Of a stretch of DNA of 64,000 nt, positions 54,152-64,000 are shown one piece after another (positions within the stretch are counted from its first letter, which is position 1; each line of letters begins with the position of its first letter). Below the pieces are notes generated by a model, which saw only the letters and a list, made by a program, of their open reading frames with translations, did not search any database and was not told the origin of the DNA. A program made the translations under genes and the position numbers. Origin of the DNA: Eledone cirrhosa (lineage: Eukaryota); contig OZ024743.1 of the NCBI GenBank assembly GCA_964016885.1, forward strand, positions 290,346,001 to 290,410,000, given 5' to 3'.

Positions 54152-55230
54152 ATTGTATACTAATAACGTTCGGTTGTTTTGCACACAGTCACTCAACACC
54201 ATATAATTCATGAGGTATCAATCCGAATGTTAAATCAAATGTAATGTGAGACTTAGATTTAATTTCTCAATCTCTGTTAAGATATATGAAATAGACATGA
54301 TGTTTTGTGTTGCTTTTCTCAGTATTATTCTGCAGGTTTATTTTGTAAACACAATTAACCTAATATTTAGGGCAATAATCTTATTAACGTATAGTTTTAG
54401 TCTCGATATCCATTCCGCGTGAACTAATACCTCATTGAAAATACACTTTATTTAGCGTTCCTTCAGGCTATATGCGTAGCTGCAACACGTGATGGTGTTG
54501 GTCCTTGTCTATTCTGGTACTTTGCACAAGGTGTCACTTAATGCCACAGGAAACAGAGATATGCACCATCCTTCCTTCATCCTGTGCAAGCCTAGTATAC
54601 AGACGAACGAGAATGGAAATAAATTCTGTCTACAATTAACATGGTCCCCTTTTGAAATATTACTAAAGTGCAAAATATATAATACTAGAATTCAATATAT
54701 TTCTCTATTTAAATTACGTATATTCTAATAAAGATTTGCAAATGAATTGATATTAAAACTAATGTAATTTCATAACAAAATTCATGTTTGTCCCCATCGC
54801 GATTAGAATATCATACATTATCACAATATTGCATATATATATGCTATATTGCGATAATTTATGTAGCGTTGTGGACTTTGTTATGGGCAGAATATTTTAC
54901 CTTTAAATATACAGTTTAAATAACCTTTAAAAGGAACGGAGTATTGGAAACATGTGTGATGTTCGAATTATACTTCGAAGCAGAAATATATACTTTTTTA
55001 TATTAAAGGCTACATCTTCGTATGAACCAATTACTGTGACACAATTTATATTCCAGATACCAACCATATAATTTTACAGTGGGTGATTAAAAAAAATAAA
55101 GTTCAGTATCGCGTATTTGAAAATAAATGAGCTTGTTATTAGTCGCGTGGTAAGGCATTATAGATATTGAAGATATAAATATAGTGTTCCTGTGAAGCAT
55201 CGATGGAAATATTAATGAAAGTAGACAAGA

Positions 55231-55417
55231 TGGATTGGCAGTATCGGTAGAGGGTCGGACGCCATGCTTTGACGCATAGAGTTACGGGCCTTGCCATTCT
55301 GAGTTCAAATCCCGCCGAGGTTTATTTGCATTTCATCCTTACGGGGTCGATAAAATATAGTACCAGTAATACACTGGATAATTGCTGTCCTTGTGCCAAA
55401 AAGTAGAAACAATTATT
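55231..55417 (+). mobile_element. tRNA-derived SINE
   Basis: A-box tggcagtatcggt, B-box gagttcaaatcc, (att)-rich tail. Confidence 0.9.
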
Positions 55418-55879
55418 CTTATTATTATCTTGATTATTATTGATACCTTTGAGACATGGTACAGATCAGCGGATTATGTTCATAGTTTATTTATGTGTTT
55501 CAAAATTATTTCTGTCAAGAAATTATATATCGTTTTGTGGGGAAACTAGTCATCTTTTTAAGGAGCTGGTTCGTTTACACTATCTGACAAATTTAAGAGA
55601 AAGCCTCTGTTTCATATTTCGTGAAAACAGCCTCTCAATTTTAAGACCTGGCGGAGGAGAAAAATTAGAAGCTTAAAAGTATGATTGGCTGTTCAGGGAG
55701 GGAACAGCCTAATTTCAATTAATTAAAAATGAAGTGACAACAGTAGCAGCAATAGCAGGATCAACAGCAACAAAAATGTACGGGAAATGAATGAAAAGTA
55801 TGAAATCAATTTCCCGCAAATTCGGAGTGTTGCAAAGGCCGATAAAAGCCTCTTAAATACGAAATACTTTAATTGCATG

Positions 55880-58200
55880 AAAGTGGGGCAAACCTTCCCG
55901 TTTCGCTGGTCTACGCTACGAGCGTTTCATTTCCATACCATATATGTTTGGCGAGCCCTTAGCCGACCTATATTGGAACTGGCAACAAAACGGGAGAATA
56001 CCTAGTTATGTAAGCTGTGAGTCGGTGACGCTAGTTCAGGAAGACCCAAACAAGGGGGAAATTATCGATAATTTTAGGCCAATAGCTCTGCTAAATAAAG
56101 AGATTATGAATTTGACCAAGGTGTTAGTGACGCGGTTGGGAATTGTCGTCGAGACATCATAGAGAATGTGGCTAAAGTATCTGACAAGGAGGGTCCCTCA
56201 ACAACGTATATCAATCAAAAGCTTTCCATAGGGTCGACCATCGTAGGCAGCCGGTTTCCGACCCATTATCAGGAGCTGCATCGCTGCAATGTACGGTGAT
56301 TTCTATTGTGTTTAGAGTGAACTGAACAGTTACCTTTCGAAACCATTCAACACCATGCGTTTGGCCATCAAAGGATGTCCGCTCTCGTCACTTTTGTATT
56401 ATTGAAACCTGAAACATTACTGCAAAATTGGATGCGTTGAGGCGCATAATAAATCCGTCGTTAGCATATACCGATGACGTCACCTTAGTGGTGACGAGCA
56501 CGAAACATATTGAGATGATCGGCATCGCTCAAAAAGAGCAGGAAGTATGAACAGAAGCAAATATTTACAAGGATAAATCGGTGTTTCTGCAGCTCAGCAC
56601 CTGCTGAAGCAATTTCATGCCGTCCAACGGACGAGGCAGGTAAATTGATAGGTGTCTGGTTTTGTCCAGTCCTCCAAATGGAAAAGAAACTGGCTGGAAC
56701 TAAGTGATGAGCGCGTTGGCCATTCTCATCCAGAAATGTGCTGAAAGGAAGCTATCTCTGAATTGTGGGGAATACGTACATCGCGTCCATCATCCACTAC
56801 AGCTTGACCATCATGCCCATTGCTGAACGAACAGGAGTGCCTACTCTTTCACATCTTGTGGAAAGAACAGGTTTCACTGGTCAGACGGTCCATTTGAAGT
56901 CAACACACTCAGCATGGAGATTTGGACCTGATGTGGCTAATAATTAATTCTATTTCGGGCACAAGGCCAGCAATTATCCCAGTGCCTTACAGGTGCTTTA
57001 TTTTATCGACCCCGTAAGGATAAAAGACACATACAACCTCGGGGGGATTTGAAATAAGACCGTAAAGGTTCGTGACTCTATGCTGCAAAGCATGGCATCC
57101 GACCCTCTACCGATACTGCCACTTCACCACCCTACGTGATTAATAATACGCACGCATGCACTGAGGCTATGATATCTGCAGTTCTTATTTTACGGTGTAC
57201 ATGTTTTCACTCGACCCATTCTTCCCCACCTCGTCTCCTTGACGCGAGGTGCAGTCTTTTGTCAAGCGAATACCGAGAAGAAGCGATCTGAGAGTGGAAT
57301 GTCTGCCATAGCTCACAAACCTCGGCCAGTCGGGCAGTGCGGTCAGTAGAAACTCCATCTTGGCGTTCTAACGAGGGTTAGTGGAGTGCAAAAGCCACAA
57401 CATCATGGAAGAGACTGCGGACTTCGATGAAAGTCAACTAGCCAAAAGTTTCTGGAGAACCTTTGGACAGGGGCTGATGGACAACCTCCAGAAATCCCTG
57501 ACACTTCTCTGGCAGTGTTACTGAGGATCATTGTCAATTCAAGTTAAACTCTACAGGAATGGAAGTGCTATCAAACGGGCCTGTCTGAGATGCGCGCAAA
57601 GCAACGAAAATATCCTTCATGCCCTCGTCTAGTGTCTGAGCATAACTGTATTGTAGATTTATTTCAAACACCTGCTGTGACGTGTAGGAAGGATACCGCT
57701 ATCTGCTGTGTCCATCGAGAAGTTTGCCCCGCTGCTTTCCTTTAGCCGATAATGGCAGGCAGTTTTTGTTCTGCCTGGTGGCCATGACGAAAGAAATCAT
57801 GTGATGGACACTATCCTCTTCGGTGAAGCCCTAATTAGTCTTTTCAGACTTCATTTCAAGAAGAAAATCAGTGTGTTAAAAGGTGGGTGAGAAAGGCGAG
57901 CATGGCCCGTATGAATGGGCCTGTGGTGAGTATGCGCCTGTAAATTGGAGGCGGAGAATTGGCAGAGGATATATGATCTGGTGGTCATGGTTATCCTGAT
58001 TTTTGTAGGCTATCTTTTCGTGTGAACCCGAAAGTCCCCCCTATAGGGAGATTTACCTTGTTTGAAATTATTCTTATATCACGTTTTATGAATGTTTTAC
58101 ATGGCAAATGCCACACGTTTTCTATCTTGTTCTGTCTGTACCGTCCTTAAAGTTTTTCTTCGTGTACGCCTTGCGTGGCTAATAAAACAATCGTCCTCTA
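55880..58200 (+). mobile_element. Old, heavily decayed Tx1/L1-type LINE (3' half)
   Basis: PLADLYWNWQQNGRIP..DPNKG..DNFRPIALLN; colinear with the minus-strand element at 60330-64000, including the 3' UTR. Confidence 0.85.
56945..57133 (-). mobile_element. tRNA-derived SINE nested in the Tx1-like LINE
   Basis: Family match; flanked by taataat direct repeat (likely TSD). Confidence 0.85.
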
Positions 58201-58263
<63 letters not shown>

Positions 58264-58272
58264 TATAGACCT

Positions 58273-60296
58273 ATCACATGTCTGTCCGTAATGTGGAAAC
58301 TGTTGACGAGCATTGTGTCTGAGGAAATCTACCATCACCTCCACACAAACAACTTGTTACCGGACGAACAGAAAGGATGCCGAAAGAAGTCATGTGGTAC
58401 AAAGGTCTTATTGATAAGATGGTAATGGGGAATTGCAGGAGGAGACACACTGATCTTGCCATGGGATGGATAGACTACAGAAAGGCATTTGACATGGTGC
58501 CTCATTCTTGGATCACCAAAAGCCTGGAGATCTTCAGGGTGGCAGATAACATCAGGCAGTTGCTGGGCAGGAGTATGGGGTCCTGGGAGACAGAGTTGAC
58601 ATCAACTGGAGTATCCTTGGGAAGCGTGAAGATCAAGAGAGGTATCTTCCAGGGAGATAGCCTGTCCCCTCTATTGTTTGTCCTTGCCTTGATGCCCTTG
58701 ACCATTATGCTGCGAAAAGTGAGAGCAGGATACAAGTTGGGAAAGGGAGAGCTTACCATCAATCACCTCCTCTTCATGGACGATCTTAAGCTCTTCGGGA
58801 AAAGTGAGAAGGAGTTGGATGTGCTTGTTGACACTGTCCGTATTTTCAGCAGTGATATATGTATGCAGTTTGGTATTAGTAAATGTGGAGTCATTGTGAT
58901 GAGGAGGGGTAGGTTGAGCAGAAGTAACGGGATCCAGATACCAACAGGTGAGATGATAAAGGAAATTGACTCTGAGGAAGGATACAAGTATTTGGGCGTT
59001 CTGGAGGTTGATGGCATAAAGAACAAAAAAATGAAGGAATTGTTAAGAACTGAATACATTCGGAGAGTAAGGAGCGTATTGAAGTCACATCTGAACAGCA
59101 GAAATGCCATAAGCGCAGTAAATTCCCGAGCTGTGTCTATTATTAGGTACAGTGCGGGAATTCTGAGATGGAATGTTGCTGAACAAAAAGAAATGGATAG
59201 GAAGACTAGGAAGCTATTGACTATCTACAACATGTTCCACAAGAGGAGTGATGTCGATAGACTCTACCTAAGGAGATCTGAGGGTGGAAGAGGTCTTATC
59301 AGCATAGAGGACCGTGTTCAGATGGAGAAAAACAACCTATACAAATACGTGACCTATAGTAAGGAGCCAATGCTCAGAACTGTACTGAAGGAGGGGACAG
59401 TAGGCCAGGGGATGTCCAAGGAGGAAATAACATCAAGGAGGAAGAGCAGCCTTAAGGGAAAATCCCTTCATAGTACCTTCTTTGAGAAAACTGAATTTAG
59501 AGATCCACAGACATGGAACTGGTTGAGAAGAGGAGACCTCAAAAAGGCTACATAAGGAATGCTAATGGCTGCGCTGGAGCAGGCCCTCAAAACGAAGTGG
59601 TTGAAAATACCATATTTACAAGGAGGAGGCTAGCCCACTGTGCAGGATCTGTGGAGAGAGAGAGGAGACTGTGGCTCACATTGTGTCCGAGTGTAAACAC
59701 CTAGCCCAGACCCACTATAAGGGCTGGAGATACGATGTGATGGGCAGGGTGATCCACTGGCACCTGTGCAAAGTAAACAATTTAGCACATTCTGAGAAAT
59801 GGTATGAGCATAGGCCAGAGGCGGTGATGGAGAACAATCAGGTGAAAGTGCTGTGGGATTTTAGGATACAGACGGACAAAAAACTGGAACACAATAGACC
59901 TGACCTGGTGGTTGTGGACAAAGCAAAAAGATCGTGTCTGATTGTGGATGTGGCCTGCCCTTTCGACACGAGAGTGCAAGAGAGGGAGAGGGAGAAAATT
60001 AACCGATACCAGGACCTAAGGTGGGAGGTGAAAAGGATTTGGAACTCCCATTAAGTCAAAGTGATCCCGATTGTCATAGGCGCACTGGGGACTATCTCCA
60101 AAAGTTTCCAGGGATGGTTAAAGAAAATCGGCCCCTTCACGCTTTTTGGAACGCTTCAAAAGGCATGCTTGCTTGGAACAGCAAGAACCCTCCGATACGT
60201 CCTGAATATCTGAGGCTGCAGGTAGTGGCTTGATATTCATTCCAACAGACTTTCCAGTTAACCAACATCAATGAGTGAGATTCAAGGAATAACAAC

Positions 60297-60329
<33 letters not shown>
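58273..60329 (+). mobile_element. 5'-truncated R4/Dong-type non-LTR retrotransposon (RT + CCHC + restriction-like endonuclease)
   Basis: WIDYRKAFDMVPHSWI, RGIFQGDSLSPLLF, HLLFMDDLKL, YKYLG; CRIC..ETVAHIVSEC; RPDLVVVD..IVDVACP..EK..Y.DL; QKACLLGTAR; (AAT)n on both sides. Confidence 0.93.
58377..59555 (+). pseudogene. Longest uninterrupted frame (392 aa) of the R4/Dong RT; ORF continues via stop and frameshift to 60213
   Basis: Well-preserved RT motifs; premature stops at 59553 and 60052. Confidence 0.9.
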
Positions 60330-60330
<1 letters not shown>

Positions 60331-63300
60331 TTTTCTTTATTAACCACAAGGGTTTACATAAAGTAGACATTAAGGGCAGTACAGGACAATACAGGACGGT
60401 ACAAATGGGCATTTTTGCGTGTAAAAAAACAGAGGATGTAATAAAATAACAAAGAAAAATTCCCCAATAGGGGGGAGACTTCCGAGGGACATTTGTGGAG
60501 AAAGCCCATTAAAAGACCACAGTGACCCTGACCACCAGGGTAAGTGCCCTCTCCCAGTTTTCCACCTTTAATTTACAGACACATACTCAGAGAAGGCCCA
60601 TTCATTCGGGCCATACATGCTTCTCTCACCCATCTTTCAACAAAAAGCTGGGAAGAGAGCACTTCCCTCTCTACCCTGATTTTCCTTATCAAATGAAATT
60701 TGAAAAAGTTAATCAGGGCATCACCGAAGAGGTAAGTGCTCGTCTTCAGCCCTTTCAAACGTGTCCACCATACTATCTCTTTCGCCATGGCCACCAGACA
60801 GATAAAAACTGCCTGCCCTTCCCGGCTAAAGGAAGAGGGCGGGGCAATCCTCACGATGGACTCAGCTGATAGCCTGATCCGTCCTACACGTGACAGCAGG
60901 TGTTCGACATAAACCCACAAGTCAGCAATGCTCGGACACTGGACGAGTGCGTGCATGACGGTTTCGTCGCCCTGCGCGCATCTCGGACATGCCCGCCTGA
61001 CGGCACCTCCATGCCTGTAGAGTTTATCCCGAACTGGCAAAACTCCCCGGTAGCACTGTCAGGCCAGGGATTTCTGGAAGTTGTCCATAGACCCCGGCCC
61101 GAAAGTCCTTCCGAAGAGATTGGCTAGTTGATTTTCGTCGACGCCTAGAGTTTCTCCAAGTACGTCGTCGCTCTTCTCCTCCACTAATCCTCTATAGAAC
61201 GCCAAAGTGGAGTTTCCACCGATCACATTGCCGATTGGTCGAGGGCTGTGAGCGCCTGAAGACATTCCAGTCGCCAAGCGCTCCCTTCTCGGTCTTCGCT
61301 TGACCCAGGACTGCAGCTCCGTCAAGGAAACGAGCTGGCGAAAATGGGTCAAGCAAACGGCGACCACACCTGATCACCGTCGAGGAAGAGGTGGAGATGT
61401 CGTAGCCTGAGCGCGTGTCTGCGCATCGTCAGCAACGGCATGCCCAGCCCTCCACGTAGCGGTTGTTGAGAGCAGATGGACCGCCTGACCATCGGAGCGC
61501 GTCCCTTCCACAAAAAGCGAAAGAGCAAACGCTCCAGCGCAGTCAGGCGGGGCTTAGGACAAGGTACAACGGTCAGGCGGTAGTAGATGACGGACGCGAT
61601 GTACGCGTTAGCCACCTCCGCTCGACATTTCAGGGATAGCTTCCTCTCGGCCCATTTCTGGGTGAGAGAAGCCACCCTGCTCCTCACCTCGTCCCAGTGT
61701 TTGTCCGTCTAGAGATCTGGACCGAACCAGACCCCAAGCAATTTAAACGGTCCATCCGTCCAGCGCCCGACGACGCTGTTGGACGGCATGGACCTGCCTC
61801 TCCAGGTGCCGAGCTGCAGGCCCACTGACTTTTCCTGGTTGATCATTGCTCCTGTCACCGCTTCGTATTCTCTTAGTGTAGTGCCGATCGCCTCGATGTG
61901 TTTGGCGTTCGACACCACTACGGTGACATCGTCCGCATATGCTGACACGGATCTTCCGCATCCTAGTTCGCGCGGGATGCCCCTCAACGTCACCACATTG
62001 GGCAGTAATGGCTCGAGAGTCAATACGTACAAGTGGGACGAGAGGGGACATCCTTGGCGGACCGAGCGCATGATGTTGAACGGTTCCGACAGGTGACCGT
62101 TCATTCTCACTACAGAGCAGATGTCGCTGTGCATGGCTGTGATCCAGCCTCTGAAGACGGGCCCAAAGCTAGCCGCCCTCAGGACTGCCGCTAGGTAACG
62201 TGGTCGACCCTATCGAAGGCTTTCGACTGATCTAAATTGATCAAAGACCCACCCGAGTCAGGTTCCCTAGCTACCCTCTCTACGATGTATCGCATGGGGT
62301 GCAGGTTGTCATGGATGGATCTGTCGGGAATGGCGCATGTCTGCGCCTCTCCCACCAGACCACCAACGACAAGCGCCAACCTCTTTGCTAGCACCTTGGC
62401 CAAAATCTTGAACTCTGTGTTTAGCAGAGTTATGGGCCTAAAATGATCTATGTTATCCCCCTTGTTCGGATCCTTTCTCAGCAGCGCCACAGGTCCACGG
62501 CTCACAGAGCTGGAAATTCTCCCGTTCTGTTGCCAGTTGCAGTAGACGTCCGCCAAGAGGCATCCTAACAAGTCTGGCATCTGTACGTAAAGTTCATAGG
62601 GCAGACCATCCAAACCTGTCGATGTACCCCTTGTGCAGCTCGTCATTGCTTCCAGTACTTCAGCGGCTGTTTTTAGCTTTTTGCAACACTCCGCCTCAGT
62701 GGCCGAGAGCCGCGGCAGTCCGTCGAGGTAGACACTAAAGTCCATCGCTCGATCCGGCCCGCCGCTGCTCCCGAACAACTGAGCGAAGTGTCGCTGAAAA
62801 GCTTCACACATTTGCCCGTGAGCATGCGCCCGTCGTGGTCCACCAAAGACCGGATCGTGGATTTGTTGCCACGACGCGCCTCCGCCACTCGGGCCCATTG
62901 AACGGCTTTCGTCCCCTCGTGTCTGAGAGCACGCACCCTAGATCTAACAACGCAGCCTTCGTGCTTTGCATTGAAGAATTGGTCAAAGGCCAATTCGCCG
63001 CAAGTACGTCGATCGCGATGCCTTTGCTAAGCGCCTCGTCTAATTTTCTAAATAATTCTCCCTCTGCTCTATTTTTCTCTATTGCTAAAGCCTTACTAAA
63101 CCTAATGGACTCTATTCTAATTGCTCTTTTCAGAGCAAACCACCACTTGTAATTGACAATGGACTCCGTCTACGCCCGCTTAACTAGTTCGCTAATCCGG
63201 TCTCTGTAGGCATTCCAGTAGCCGGGTCCTCGTCTATGAAGCCTATGTCAAGCACACAGATCACGAATTTGTGGTCCGTGTAGCTGACTATCTTGAATTG

Positions 63301-64000
63301 TGGACAGCCTATGCTAGACCTATCTATTTCTCTACAAAATACTCTAACTAGATATGATCTTGATGACCCTATGCGATTTGTCCAAGTCCACATTGGTACA
63401 TACGGGAAATCCAATCGGTACCTGTCAGACAGTTCAAAACGCCTGAGCAGGTTGGTGAAGGTCTTGCACCCTCCTCCCCTATCCGCTAATCCCACACAGT
63501 CCCAGCGTGCATCTAAGATGCCGTTTCAGTCGCCCACTAACACTAAAGAGCGGGACGTTCCATGAAAGGTCTCCAGACGCCGGAAGAAATCAGGCCGCCC
63601 TGCTCCTCCTGTCGGGGCATAGACGGCTACCAGCCTGAAACCTTGCCCGTCTCCGCTGGTCACGTCCTGCACCACCAACTTACCTTCTGGGTCCAGGAAG
63701 ATGGCCCGTATGGCGAGATCCAAACCTCTCCGAAAAAGCACAGCAACTCCTCACCTTGTTCCCGGACGGCTGGGAGATGCGTACGCATCGTAGCCGCTGA
63801 AGATCGGTGCGAAGGCCCGTGCTTCGGAGATTCTGGTCTCGCTGATGGCCACTACGTCTATGTTTAGTGACCTGAGGTCATTGAGCAGGTGGCCCTGCTT
63901 CCATGACGACTTCAAGCCACGCGCATTTATGCTGACTATTCTGAGTGAGGTCATGCTGAAAAGGAGTGGAAAAGATGGGAAAGACCACTTACCTTACTTC
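60330..64000 (-). mobile_element. Tx1/L1-type LINE; complete but frameshifted ORF2 (63954-60573), continues beyond the window
   Basis: APE (SINARGL, ISETR, VAVYAP, LVGD, YTDHK), RT (GLDGLPYE, FRPITLLN, LDQSKAFDRV, VRQGCPLS, AYADD), GGLG, CPRC..ETVMHALVQC; AATAAA then (ATT)n. Confidence 0.93.

Overview
Eukaryotic, very AT-rich, repeat-saturated DNA with no recognisable host gene, so probably intergenic or a large intron. The (TA)n/(CA)n/(GA)n microsatellites and the SINE family point to an octopod cephalopod; this is my recognition of the repeats, not a search result. Most ORF-track entries are microsatellite artefacts (YIYI). Identifiable content is mobile DNA, mostly decayed: four Penelope-like retroelements (PLEs), an R4/Dong-type RLE LINE flanked by (AAT)n, two Tx1/L1-type LINEs, RTE and CR1 fragments, a Gypsy-type LTR element with a tRNA-Trp primer site, Helitron pieces and tRNA-derived SINEs. 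The main unannotated signal is more than a dozen minimal type-I hammerhead-ribozyme (HHR) motifs from several unrelated families, many with atypical cores or long stem-II inserts. Several lie in ORF-less long inverted repeats whose two arms each carry an outward-pointing HHR. All motifs and coordinates were read by eye; boundaries are approximate and ribozyme activity is untested.
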